This document shows positions 9,016-19,017 of a DNA stretch of 64,000 nt, in pieces. The notes under the pieces were generated by a model, which saw only the letters and a program-made list of their open reading frames with translations, was not told the DNA's origin and did no database searches. The DNA comes from Pyrodictiaceae archaeon (lineage in GTDB: Archaea > Thermoproteota > Thermoprotei_A > Sulfolobales > Pyrodictiaceae): positions 612,880 through 676,879 of the forward strand of contig JALVSY010000007.1 in NCBI GenBank assembly GCA_027036135.1, in the 5' to 3' direction. The stretch's first letter is position 1; each line of letters starts with the position of its first letter. Position numbers and translations under genes: made by a program.

Positions 9016-10215
9016 ATGGGGGCTTCTGGCGGGGCTTTGCAGCGACCACTCCTACGCAATGTGAGGGCGCTGGTACTGTTTAGCTTGTTTAGAGGCTTTA
9101 GTGTTAGTGGGTACCAGGCGCTCTTCGCGGCATATATGAAGACTGTTGGCTACGACATGGCCAGTATAGGCGGGGTAGTGACAGCCTCCTCGCTTATGGG
9201 CGCACTCATAGCCCCCGGCTTCGGCGCAGTAATAGACTGTGTCGGCGCAAGAATCATAACGACGCTCACCGGGCTACTACTCGTAGCCAGTCTAGGTCTC
9301 CTAGAGCTGTCCCCGGGTCTCCCAGTGCTAGTAGCGTCCTATACCCTGTTCATGCTCGGCTTCCTCCTAGGCCAGCCAGCGCGCTCCGCGCTAATGGCCC
9401 GCAGTGTTCCAAGAGAGTCACTAGGCTACTACATATCGCTCACAACCACTGCCTTCGCTGTCTCGAGGATAGCGGGTCCCTATCTCTCAGGTCTCATAGT
9501 GGTAAAGAGGAGCTACGTGCTAGCCTTCGCTGTTCTCACCCTAGTAGCGCTCCTAGGCACGATAGTGTTCCACGTACTGTCGGTCGAGGCTGGTAAGAGG
9601 AGGTGCACCAGCCTAGGCAGGGACATTGTAGCCGCCTATAAGAGGTCTCTCCGACCGCACCGTGCTCTGAGGAAGTTCTACCTATTCCTAGTGATTGATC
9701 GTAATTCTTGGAGCCTATGGTTCCCGCTTCTAAGCGCCCAGCTAAAGGCAGCGGGGTACCGCGAGGACATGATAGGCTTATTCTATACATCATCCTCGGT
9801 AATGATGAGTGCCACGAGCATTGCCTGGGGCAAGCTAGCTGATAAGCTGGGCTCAAAGATACTGGCGGTATCGGAGCTACTAGGCCTATTAGCGGTGGTC
9901 TTCGTAGCGGCTATGAAGCCGTGGTACTATCCCCTCCTCGGGCTAAGCTTCGCGGGCCTAAGCATAGCGGCATGGGTACCAGCATATAATCGTGCAATAG
10001 CACTGCTAGCAAGCAGGGAGAACATCGGAGAAGCCTATGCGAGTGCAAACGCTGTACGCAGCCTAGCCGGGGCCCCTACACCGATAATAGGGGGAGCCAT
10101 ATACGACTCCTTTGGAGCGAGAGCCCTCTACACGGTCTCCGGGGCACTACTCCTCTTAGCAGGTATATACGCGTACTACTTCGCGGAGAAGATAGAACAG
10201 GGAGCTAAGGAATAG
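9016..10215 (+). CDS. MFS transporter
   Basis: About 12 TM segments. G.V.D..G.R and GKLADKLG loop motifs. Confidence 0.9.
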   Translation: MGASGGALQRPLLRNVRALVLFSLFRGFSVSGYQALFAAYMKTVGYDMASIGGVVTASSLMGALIAPGFGAVIDCVGARIITTLTGLLLVASLGLLELSPGLPVLVASYTLFMLGFLLGQPARSALMARSVPRESLGYYISLTTTAFAVSRIAGPYLSGLIVVKRSYVLAFAVLTLVALLGTIVFHVLSVEAGKRRCTSLGRDIVAAYKRSLRPHRALRKFYLFLVIDRNSWSLWFPLLSAQLKAAGYREDMIGLFYTSSSVMMSATSIAWGKLADKLGSKILAVSELLGLLAVVFVAAMKPWYYPLLGLSFAGLSIAAWVPAYNRAIALLASRENIGEAYASANAVRSLAGAPTPIIGGAIYDSFGARALYTVSGALLLLAGIYAYYFAEKIEQGAKE

Positions 10216-10230
10216 CACGGCCTGGTAGCG

Positions 10231-10644
10231 ATGCATAGGCTCACAAGGATGCACATAGCTCTAGTGGCTCTGGCCCCGGCCTATGCCCTGCTATGCCGCT
10301 ACATCTATACACACGTAGCGGCTACAAGCAACACGGTTTACGTTGTTCTCGTATCAGTGCTCTCTTTCCTATACCTAGTAGAAACAGTGATAGCTATTCT
10401 AAGCCTTATAGTCACGCTCGCTGCCAGGGCGTTCGCGGACCTAGTAATAGTGATAATTTATTCTCTCTACTCGCTCTCCGTGCTAAAACAAGCAACTAGC
10501 CTAAGCCTAACCGGAGCCCTCACAGCCCTAGTCTTCCTAGCCGGGTTCTCATCATCCCTCTACAGCGTGATAGATGCCGGCAAAATGCTGTTCACAGATA
10601 CGCGTAGAAGGAAGAGACAACTAGACTTCTTCGTAAGAACCTAG
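10231..10644 (+). CDS. Hypothetical membrane protein
   Basis: 4 hydrophobic segments. Follows the MFS gene. Confidence 0.65.
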   Translation: MHRLTRMHIALVALAPAYALLCRYIYTHVAATSNTVYVVLVSVLSFLYLVETVIAILSLIVTLAARAFADLVIVIIYSLYSLSVLKQATSLSLTGALTALVFLAGFSSSLYSVIDAGKMLFTDTRRRKRQLDFFVRT

Positions 10645-10688
10645 GTCTATAAAAAGTAGGGTATATTAAATTGTGTAGAAATAGGGGC

Positions 10689-11045
10689 TTAGGCCTCCTT
10701 TAAGAGACCTTTTTCCTTTGCCTTCTCAACGACTATTCTTGCCAACTGCTCTTTCTCCATGTTATCGGCGTTGTCAACGCCTAGCTTCTTTGCTAGCGCT
10801 TTTAGAGTTTCCTCGTCAATATCGTTAGTTGGCTTAACCTTTTCTTCTTTTTTCTTTTCTTCCTCTTCTATTAGTCCCTGTGATGCTCTGCGGAACTCGA
10901 ATACTGCTTGTCCCAGGCCTCTCGCTAGCTGTGGTAGTTTTGATGGACCGAATATTAGCAGTATTATGAACAGTAGTATTATCCACTCAAACCCGTTGAG
11001 GAAGTCGAACTGCGCCTTATAGACAGGATAGTGGAGCGGGAGCAT
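10689..11045 (-). CDS. tatA: Twin-arginine translocase TatA/E
   Basis: EWIILL..ILLIFGPSKLPQLARGLGQAV.EFRR. Confidence 0.92.
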   Translation of the reverse strand: MLPLHYPVYKAQFDFLNGFEWIILLFIILLIFGPSKLPQLARGLGQAVFEFRRASQGLIEEEEKKKEEKVKPTNDIDEETLKALAKKLGVDNADNMEKEQLARIVVEKAKEKGLLKEA

Positions 11046-11125
11046 TGGTTCTCATCTCTGTCTTTCTTATATTTTTGAAGATACCTGCCCCGTTTTATCA
11101 AGGTACTCGTAGAGAGAGCGCTTAA

Positions 11126-12001
11126 TTACTTTTTCGTAGAACTCTTATTATTCGCTCCCTTTTGTAGCCACGGTCTCGAATACTCAACGTGTATTACTAC
11201 ATCGCATCCTCTTTTATGTAGCTCATCCATGACCTCGTCAGCCAATATATCCGCTATATCTGGTGTTAAGCCTTTTCGAGGCTCTACAATCATGTCACCG
11301 GAGCAGTGCTGCTCATCAATCATTCTTAGCCTAATAATTGTGGGTATAAGGCCTCGTAGCTCTGCCTCGCGGGCAACCTCTTCATAGACGCGTTGGGGAG
11401 GACTTGTATCCGCGATTGCTCTTACCAAGTGTTGATGCGTCTCGATGGCCTCGTAGAACAAGTATAGGAGTATTATTATGGCGCCTACTAGGTCGAAGAC
11501 GTAGCCTTTCGTGTAGCCTAGCCAAGTGCTCGGAATAACTACGCCTGCCTCTATTAGCTCGCCAGCGGTGAAGCCGGCATAGACCCTTATGCTCTCATCA
11601 AGGTTCCTCGAGAAAGCTATGGCTACGGCATAGAATGCTGCACCCGTGATTGCTGCGTAAGCGCTTCCCTCCTCTACACGGTACCCGTGGGAGCTATAGC
11701 AGAGTGTTGCGGCGGAGAACCCGGCTATAAACATGTAAATTGAGAGAATCGCGGCTATGCCGCCATATCTGAGCCTCATGTGCCCGAAGGGGTGATCCGT
11801 GTCAGGCGGCTTCATTGACTCTGAGAGATAGTATAGTACTACGAAGAGAGATGCGAGATTAGCAATGCTGGTCAATGCGTCTACGAAGAGGGCCCGGCTA
11901 CCATAGAGTAGCGAGCCGAGTATCTTGGAGAGAGCGCCTAGCAGGGCAAAAACCGTGACGAGTAAGAGCCTTCCGCGGAGGATGTATCGTAGCCTATTCA
12001 T
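11126..12001 (-). CDS. Cation diffusion facilitator family transporter
   Basis: GS.ALFVDAL and KPPDTDHPFGH motifs, 6 TM plus C-terminal domain ending VVIHVE. Confidence 0.85.
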   Translation of the reverse strand: MNRLRYILRGRLLLVTVFALLGALSKILGSLLYGSRALFVDALTSIANLASLFVVLYYLSESMKPPDTDHPFGHMRLRYGGIAAILSIYMFIAGFSAATLCYSSHGYRVEEGSAYAAITGAAFYAVAIAFSRNLDESIRVYAGFTAGELIEAGVVIPSTWLGYTKGYVFDLVGAIIILLYLFYEAIETHQHLVRAIADTSPPQRVYEEVAREAELRGLIPTIIRLRMIDEQHCSGDMIVEPRKGLTPDIADILADEVMDELHKRGCDVVIHVEYSRPWLQKGANNKSSTKK

Positions 12002-12079
12002 GCTTCTAGCCGCTCCTCTTTGTGTCTCTAGCCGCTTAGCCTCTCCATGCGTACTCTATTATTAATCATTAATCCCGGT

Positions 12080-13702
12080 CTACTTTCTCTTCGCAACTAG
12101 TATCGCTGCTACTATTATCACTATAGCGGCTATTATCGAGCCCACTACTATGCCGCTAGCCTTCTTGGCGCCCTGCTTTGTCGTAGTTGCTCCTGTCGCC
12201 GTTGTTGCGGATGTGGATGAGGTTGTTGCACTAGTTTTCGTCCCTGTTGCCTGCGCCGTGGTTGTTGTGCTCGTTGTACTTGTTGTCTTTGTCCGCGTCG
12301 TTGTGGATAACGGGCTAGTAGTTTTGGTTATCCTTGGCATCGTGGTAGATGGTGGCGCTAGCTGTTTTATCTCGACTTTTAGTGCTGGTAGCTCGGAGAT
12401 CGTTGCCACCGTCTTGGATACCTTTACGTTGCTAGTTGCTGGTTCTATCTCAACCATGTTTGGTACTAGGTTCTCTGCTCCAGGGAGTACTGGTTCGAGT
12501 CTTTTTAGCTGGCTTCTTAGCTGGACTAGCTGGGCTGAGAGCAGAGTAAGCATCTTCTCAGCATCGGTTGACGGGTTACCGCTACTAGGCGTTATTCTCT
12601 GCCTAGGTCCCTCGTAGTAAACATCTATCACTACCTTGTCGCCACTGGTATAGATGTGTACCTCTGCCTCGGACTTTGTGGGCGGCACTGCTACTACTGG
12701 CAGGCTTGGCTGCTCCGCTCTAGTCATGGAGCTTACTAGGAGTATTTGTAATAGTTGCTGGTTCCCTGTCGCCTGCGCTATTCTCCGCATTAGTGCCGTT
12801 ACTAGCTCGTTCACTAGAGGGGCTGCCTCCTTGTAGACTTTCTCTGCCTTGGCTATATCCCCTTTGGTCTTGCTGTCATAGCTTAGCGTGAAAGCTATCT
12901 TTGTCTTTGTTGTCTCGGCTTTAAGTACCAGCTCGGTCTCGGACTTTATGCTCAGCCTTGTCTCGAGGAGCTTCTTGAGCTTAGCTGCATCCGCGGAGGG
13001 CATACCAGCCGCTACGGCGTCCTCTAGCATCTTGTCGATATCTATTACACCGCTTACAGTTATCTTTGTTTTTCTACCCTCCTCTAGCATTGCTCCAATT
13101 GACTTGATCTCTACGAAGTCAATTCCCTTTGCCGCTAGCTCCTTGTTTATCTTGTCGACGCTAGGCACCTTACTAGTAGTGGTCTCGCTAGGCTTGACCC
13201 CCTTTGCCTCAAGCTCTAGGTGGAACAGTGCCTTAGAAGAGTTCGTAGCCCTTATAGAGGCGTCATCGATCTTAATCGTTACCTCGCTTGTCTCGTTACT
13301 AAACATTATCGTGCCGCTTAGCTCTGCTACAACATTGGTGTCTTTCTGGCTGGTCTTAGCCTTTATATCCACGAATAGTTTGCTATTGCTCGTGTTCAGG
13401 CTCGGAGACTCAATTGTGCCGCTTAGCTCTGCTTTACTAGAGCTACTCGTGTTCTCGTAGCTGCTCCTATAGTCAAGGCTAATATCTATCTTTGAGTTAT
13501 TGAGGGAGCCTGGCGGTAGAGCTATAGAGGCCTTGAGAACGTATATTGGCTTAACAGAGCCGTCAGGATAGACTTTGAGCTTTAGCTCCGACTTCTCTAT
13601 GTTGAAGCTTAGCCCGGTGACTTGCTGAGCGGCCACGCTCTGAGCGATGAGCGGCAAGAGGAATAGTACCAGCACGGATAAGCCTAGGACTCTGCGCGTC
13701 AT
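12080..13702 (-). CDS. Secreted/surface protein with Thr-rich linker and C-terminal membrane anchor
   Basis: Signal peptide (AQSVAA/QQ), long Thr/Ser tract, C-terminal TM followed by KRK. Confidence 0.8.
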   Translation of the reverse strand: MTRRVLGLSVLVLFLLPLIAQSVAAQQVTGLSFNIEKSELKLKVYPDGSVKPIYVLKASIALPPGSLNNSKIDISLDYRSSYENTSSSSKAELSGTIESPSLNTSNSKLFVDIKAKTSQKDTNVVAELSGTIMFSNETSEVTIKIDDASIRATNSSKALFHLELEAKGVKPSETTTSKVPSVDKINKELAAKGIDFVEIKSIGAMLEEGRKTKITVSGVIDIDKMLEDAVAAGMPSADAAKLKKLLETRLSIKSETELVLKAETTKTKIAFTLSYDSKTKGDIAKAEKVYKEAAPLVNELVTALMRRIAQATGNQQLLQILLVSSMTRAEQPSLPVVAVPPTKSEAEVHIYTSGDKVVIDVYYEGPRQRITPSSGNPSTDAEKMLTLLSAQLVQLRSQLKRLEPVLPGAENLVPNMVEIEPATSNVKVSKTVATISELPALKVEIKQLAPPSTTMPRITKTTSPLSTTTRTKTTSTTSTTTTAQATGTKTSATTSSTSATTATGATTTKQGAKKASGIVVGSIIAAIVIIVAAILVAKRK

Positions 13703-13870
13703 AACCAAACCTAACCCCACTACTCTCATACAGCTAGGAATAAACAACACAGTATTATATCTATATAATGTTCTTCGGCGCAGAGCTTATCGTCTACCCT
13801 TCTTTAAGGGAGTATCGCTAGGCCCTTAGAGCCCCGGAGCCCATATACTAGCCTAGAGGGCTGGGAAGAG

Positions 13871-14137
13871 TTGCCGCGCATACCCGCCAAGAGCTATGAG
13901 TGCGAGGAACCACCCTGCCTACACGTAGTTGTTGATTATCCTCGCAAGCTCTTCGCAGTCTTTCTCGAGACTAGTGACGGCGAGGTAGTCTACGTTCCCT
14001 TTGAGAGACTTGAGAAGGCTTACAGGGAGGCCTCGGGGCTGGCTCGTCGTCACTTCCGGGAGGCAAGGGGCGAGGAGATTGATAGGCTTGCCCAGGAGTT
14101 CTTAGAAGCAGAGCCAGTAGAGGATGAGGAGTCTTGA
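13871..14137 (+). CDS. Small hypothetical protein
   Basis: 88 aa. The stop overlaps the NUDIX start. Confidence 0.7.
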   Translation: MPRIPAKSYECEEPPCLHVVVDYPRKLFAVFLETSDGEVVYVPFERLEKAYREASGLARRHFREARGEEIDRLAQEFLEAEPVEDEES

Positions 14138-14613
14138 AGCCACGGGGACCCGTCCTCGGTGTTGGCGCACTCGTGGTACGCGGTAGCGGGGAAAACCTAG
14201 AGATCCTCCTAGTGAGGCGCCGTTACCCGCCATTCGAGGGCATGTGGAGCATACCCGGCGGGCATGTTGAGCCCGGGGAGCCGCTGCTAGAGGCTGCTAG
14301 GAGAGAGCTAAGGGAGGAGACAGGCATCGAGGCGGAGCCAAAGGGGATAATCCATGTACATGAGCTAGTGGCGGAGGGGCATAATGGCCTCACTCACTAC
14401 GTTCTAGTAGATGTACTAATGGAGTACAATGGGGGCGAGCCACGCGCAGCAAGTGACGCGGCCGAGGCACGCTTCGTTCCTTATCAGGAGGCTCTTGGCC
14501 TAGAACTTACTCCTAGTGCTAGACAGTTCCTCGAGAACCTGCCCAGCATATTAAAGAAAAAGTGCTTACTAAAACCAATGAGGTACGAGGAGAGCCTAGG
14601 GCCTTACTCCTAG
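14134..14613 (+). CDS. NUDIX hydrolase (ADP-ribose pyrophosphatase-like)
   Basis: Nudix box GGHVEPGE...AARRELREETG. Confidence 0.92.
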   Translation: MKPRGPVLGVGALVVRGSGENLEILLVRRRYPPFEGMWSIPGGHVEPGEPLLEAARRELREETGIEAEPKGIIHVHELVAEGHNGLTHYVLVDVLMEYNGGEPRAASDAAEARFVPYQEALGLELTPSARQFLENLPSILKKKCLLKPMRYEESLGPYS

Positions 14614-17568
14614 TGCTAGCTCGTTACCCTCTACCTTCCACTTCTTGGCGCCCTCGGGAACGGTGTCAACAAGTCTTAGTTCCCGAACCCTTACTTCTCT
14701 CTTTATGAACTCAGCGTGCTTCTCAACAGCCTCTCTCAAGTCGCCAGTAGCGTAGACTAGTAGCTTAGCCGCCACGTGGTCTACTGGGAGGTCTAGCTCC
14801 TTTCTCAACACCTGTGCTCTCCTAACTACTTCTCTTGCTAGGCCCTCTAGCAGGGTCTCCCGGTCAAGCTCCATGTCAACGAGTATCTTCATGTCGTCGG
14901 TCTCCACGACTAGTGCCTTACTAGCCCACTCGGGCTCCTTGCTTAGCACCTCCACGTTCTTTATGTTAGCGAACCTTGCTAGCACGTGGCTAGCCTCATT
15001 AATTGTTTCCACTAGCTCGTTGTTCTTGGCGATTATCGCTGCTCTCCTTAGGGGCCATCTCCTCTTAAGCCTCTTCTCGCTACGAGCTGCTAGCACCTTC
15101 TCAGCGGCCTCCAGGAACTCCTCTACAACCCTATGGGTCTTCTCGTCTAAGAGATCGCTGGGAACCACGGGCCATGGCTGGAGATGAACCGTCTCTGGCT
15201 CCTCGGGCTCGTACTTCTTCACGAATGCCTGGTAGAGGTACTCCGTTATGAACGGGGTAACCGGGGCCATCATGGCTAGGGTGTTCTTGAGCACGTAGTA
15301 GAGCGTGGCGTATGCAGCGTCCTTGCTCTTGGTCATCTCTTCTTCCCAGACCCTTGGCCTTATCAATGGTATGTAGCGGTGGCTTACCTGCTCTACCACG
15401 AAGTCAACTATTGCTTGGACTGCTTGGTGCATGTTATCGCTCTCTATAGCGTCGCTAACGGTTCTCAGGGCCTCGTGGAGCCGGTAGATTATCCACTTAT
15501 CCTCTGGTGCTAGTGCCGTGCTGCTTGGCGGCTTGGGTCTCCACTTGTCTAGCTCCATGTAGGTGTCTGCGAACTTCACGGTGTTCCATAGTATGTTGAG
15601 GTAGCCCTGGTACCTCTTCACCTCGTCTGGGTCAAAGTTGATGCTATCCCAGGGCGCGCGGCTCATAAGGAATATCCTCATTGGGTCGGCTCCGTTCTTC
15701 TCCATCCACTCGAGGGCCCATATGACGTTGCCCTTGCTCTTGCTCATCTTCTTCCCATACTTGTCGAGGACATGGCCCTGGAGCAGCACTTCTCGGTAGG
15801 GCTTCTCCCCGTACCAAATCGTGCTTGTAGTTAGCAGGGTGTAGAACCAGCCACGGGTCTGGTCAGCTGCCTCCGTTATCCACTTGTAGGGGAACAGCTT
15901 CTCCCATAAGTGTAGCCAGTTGTACTGGGCAAGGGAAGCAGTGTGCGCTACGCCGCTGTCCATCCATACATCGACTACGAATGGCTCCCTCTTCATTACT
16001 CCTCCGCACTTAGGGCACCGGAGCTCGACACGGTCTATGCCTGGGCGGTGTGGGTCGTTAGGGACCTTTGAGGGATCGGTGGCGAGTTTCTTTAGCTCCT
16101 CGAGGCTCCCTACAACTACTACGTGGCCACAGCTAGTGCACTTCCACACGGGTAGCGGGGTGCCCCAGTACCTTTCCCTGCTAATACACCAGTCCTTGGC
16201 GTTCTCTACCCAGTCTCCCATCCTCTTAGCAGCCCAGCTAGGAGCCCACCTCATCGAGTAGACGTGTTTGCTCATCTCCCTGCGTATCTCGTCGCTTATC
16301 CTTATGAACCATTGGCGGGAGGCGTAGTAGAAGAGCCTTGTGCCACAGCGCCAGCAGAACGGGTACTCGTGGCGATAAGTACCAGCATGCACCAGTAGCC
16401 CCTTGGAGCGCAGCACCTCTATTACCTTGTCGTTGGCCTTCTCGAACCAGAGGCCCTTGAACACGCCTGCCTCGTCGCTGAAGTAGCCGTCCTCGCGTAG
16501 CGGGGTATAGACCTCTACACCCGTTTTCTGTGCTAGCTCGAAGTCCTCGGGGCCGTGAGCCGGTGCTGCGTGGACTATCCCAGTACCCTCCTCCATTGTG
16601 ACCCATTCAGCCGCGTAGACTGTGTGGTAGGGCTTCTCGTCGTGTCCTTGGTGGTACGGCACCTCCTCTAGCAATGGGTGCCTGTAACGGAGCCCCTCCA
16701 GCTCCCGGCCCCTAATCTTCTCAACGACACTGTATTTCTCGAGACCGACGTCCTTGGCGAAGGCTTCTAGCCTCTTCTCAGCCACTATCCACTTCTCGCC
16801 ACCAACATCTATGACCATGTAGTCCTCGTCTGGATGGACAGCAGCCATCTCATTAGCTATTATTGTCCACGGCGTAGTAGTCCACGCCACGAGGTACGTG
16901 CCTGGCTTATCCAGCAGGGGTAGCTTGAAGTAGACGCTCGGATCATCAACCTCCTCATAGCCCTGTGCTACCTCGTGGCTGCTAAGCGCTGTGCCGCACC
17001 GAGGACAGCGAGGCACTACGCGGCGGCCTTCGTAGAGGAGTCCTCTCTCATGAGCCCGTTTTATGAAGCTCCAAACAGTCTCTATGTAGCGTGGATGCCT
17101 CGTCTGGTAAGCGTGCTCGTAGTCTAGCCAGAGCCCCAGCCTCTTACTGGCCTTCTCCCAGTGCTCTATGTAGTAGTCGACGAGCTTCTTACACTCCTCT
17201 ATGAAGCGCTCGACACCGTACTTCTCTATGTCCCTCTTGGTCTTGAACCCCAGCTTCTTCTCAACCTCGAGCTCTACGGGGAGACCCTGGGTATCCCAGC
17301 CAGCCTGGTCCCAGACACGGTAGCCCTTCATCCTAGCGTAGCGCAGCTTAACGTCCTTGAGGGTTCTCCCCCTTGCATGGCCTACGTGCATAAAGCCATT
17401 AGCTGTAGGAGGTCCCTCGAGGAAAGCGAATACGGGTTTATCCCTTCTCTCGTCCCAGGTCCTTTTCTTGACGAGCTCGTATACCTTGTTCTTTTCCCAG
17501 AACTCCAGAACCCAGTTCTCAACGTCTAGTGGCCTGTAGCTACGCCCAAGCCTTGGCCGCGCGAATAA
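14596..17568 (-). CDS. ileS: Isoleucine--tRNA ligase
   Basis: EGPPTANG.MHVGH, WTTTPWT, GTGIVH, DWCISRERYWG and KMSKS motifs. The conserved N-terminus (YRPLDVE..VLEFWE) lies upstream of ATG 17391 and lacks a canonical start. Confidence 0.95.
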   Translation of the reverse strand, partial: LFARPRLGRSYRPLDVENWVLEFWEKNKVYELVKKRTWDERRDKPVFAFLEGPPTANGFMHVGHARGRTLKDVKLRYARMKGYRVWDQAGWDTQGLPVELEVEKKLGFKTKRDIEKYGVERFIEECKKLVDYYIEHWEKASKRLGLWLDYEHAYQTRHPRYIETVWSFIKRAHERGLLYEGRRVVPRCPRCGTALSSHEVAQGYEEVDDPSVYFKLPLLDKPGTYLVAWTTTPWTIIANEMAAVHPDEDYMVIDVGGEKWIVAEKRLEAFAKDVGLEKYSVVEKIRGRELEGLRYRHPLLEEVPYHQGHDEKPYHTVYAAEWVTMEEGTGIVHAAPAHGPEDFELAQKTGVEVYTPLREDGYFSDEAGVFKGLWFEKANDKVIEVLRSKGLLVHAGTYRHEYPFCWRCGTRLFYYASRQWFIRISDEIRREMSKHVYSMRWAPSWAAKRMGDWVENAKDWCISRERYWGTPLPVWKCTSCGHVVVVGSLEELKKLATDPSKVPNDPHRPGIDRVELRCPKCGGVMKREPFVVDVWMDSGVAHTASLAQYNWLHLWEKLFPYKWITEAADQTRGWFYTLLTTSTIWYGEKPYREVLLQGHVLDKYGKKMSKSKGNVIWALEWMEKNGADPMRIFLMSRAPWDSINFDPDEVKRYQGYLNILWNTVKFADTYMELDKWRPKPPSSTALAPEDKWIIYRLHEALRTVSDAIESDNMHQAVQAIVDFVVEQVSHRYIPLIRPRVWEEEMTKSKDAAYATLYYVLKNTLAMMAPVTPFITEYLYQAFVKKYEPEEPETVHLQPWPVVPSDLLDEKTHRVVEEFLEAAEKVLAARSEKRLKRRWPLRRAAIIAKNNELVETINEASHVLARFANIKNVEVLSKEPEWASKALVVETDDMKILVDMELDRETLLEGLAREVVRRAQVLRKELDLPVDHVAAKLLVYATGDLREAVEKHAEFIKREVRVRELRLVDTVPEGAKKWKVEGNELALGVRP

Positions 17569-17646
17569 TAGTCATCACCGAGGACTAGGCAAGAGCCTGG
17601 GTCTCTATTAAAGCTTTAACTATTGCAGAAGGCTGTGCAGGGAAGC

Positions 17647-18735
17647 CTAGAGCTTGGAGTGTATTACGTAGCGGAAGATATGGTAACGAGCCAGCCCACC
17701 CTCAGGGCTTGTGGGGTAAAACCTTGCTTCAACAACACCGCGTACATTGCTGACAACTAGTCTCTCTATCTCCTCGAGGACATGCTTATTCATGGATACA
17801 TCAACGAAACTCTGTACATAGAAATAGATTGGCGCTGGCTCTACAGGCTCTACTGGCGTCTCTATACGTGACGACCAGAGGTCGCCACGCCTTGCTAGAG
17901 CTAATGCCTCTCCCATTATGTGTGCACGTGACCTCCTATTAACAAATATGACCCAGGCACCCTCCAGCAACCTAATCGCTTCTCGTTCATCTTTGCAGAA
18001 CTTCTTTGAAGTGAGAAGCTTCTCCATGTGATCGCTTAGATTATTCCATGCAGGCTCTATGCCCTGCATAGAGGCCTTTAGGCCTACACTTGAGGCCTCG
18101 TAGCGACCAGTGCATATCGCATCAACATCCTCGTATAGCAAGTGCTTGTGCAATGTTCCGGAGGGATTGAATATGGTGAGCCTCTTTGCAGCAATGCTTA
18201 TCTCGCCGCTAGCAGCGCTGTTGAGTAGGGCGTCAGCGACTTTCTTGCCAATACCCATATCCTCTAGCTTATCCACGTACACTTTCCACTCATATATCTG
18301 GGAGGAGAGATGCCACTGCCTAATAAGATCCTCTAGTATCTCCTCTACCTCGTTCTTCTTCAGCTTGTTCACCTTAGCTAGTATCTTTACCGCTCTCTTT
18401 ACCTCCTTCTTATTATTGGGGTCGAACCTTACAGCTTGTAAGCACTTCTCGCATAGCGGTATAAACTTGTCGAAGATAGCTATGCCCCGTTCACGGGTAA
18501 CGACGTAGTCCCAGTACTCAGTTACATCTTTGACCTTCTTCCCACAGACCTCGCATCCACTTTTATACAGAGACTCTATATGTTTCCGCAGCTTCTCTAT
18601 CTCTTCGTTAGCGGTATTCTCATCTACTCCTGTGATACTGGCTGCAAGGAGGTAATCGAAGTACATAATATTAGCTAGCAATACGCCCCGCTCTATCAGG
18701 GGCTTGGGCACCAGTACTGGGCATAGTCTTCTCAT
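17647..18735 (-). CDS. Hypothetical protein: degenerate HNH-like Zn domain plus C-terminal DUF1917/Bles03-like domain
   Basis: CEVCG...EYWDY...LCEKC. C-terminal GAWVIFV...IYFYVQSF.D. Start placed at the internal ATG. Confidence 0.55.
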   Translation of the reverse strand: MRRLCPVLVPKPLIERGVLLANIMYFDYLLAASITGVDENTANEEIEKLRKHIESLYKSGCEVCGKKVKDVTEYWDYVVTRERGIAIFDKFIPLCEKCLQAVRFDPNNKKEVKRAVKILAKVNKLKKNEVEEILEDLIRQWHLSSQIYEWKVYVDKLEDMGIGKKVADALLNSAASGEISIAAKRLTIFNPSGTLHKHLLYEDVDAICTGRYEASSVGLKASMQGIEPAWNNLSDHMEKLLTSKKFCKDEREAIRLLEGAWVIFVNRRSRAHIMGEALALARRGDLWSSRIETPVEPVEPAPIYFYVQSFVDVSMNKHVLEEIERLVVSNVRGVVEARFYPTSPEGGLARYHIFRYVIHSKL

Positions 18736-19017
18736 TACTTCGCAGATACCAGCCCTCACTACTATCTTCACCTATGGCTTGGTGGAGTTGCTGTAATTCC
18801 ATCAGCGCTTCTTTCTGATCTTTTATATACTTCTATTGTTGCTTCTCTTACTCTGTCTAGGTAAGCCTTATTAGTACCCACTTCTAGTTCTGGATGAAGA
18901 ATAAGTTGATATATCTTGTGCCTCTTTAAATGCGTATAGAAAAGTATATAAGTATGGGTATTGGCTACAATAAACAGAGATATATGAAAAACAATAATAT
19001 ATATTCCTAATTGTGTT

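Noticed and set aside
12170-12350. Thr-codon low-complexity tract as a repeat array
   Set aside because: Explained by the Thr/Ser linker of the surface protein.
12150-13460. Plus-strand Val/Ser/Leu-rich ORFs and the many similar antisense ORFs in the track
   Set aside because: They are antisense shadows of well-supported genes and lack SD motifs or family signatures.
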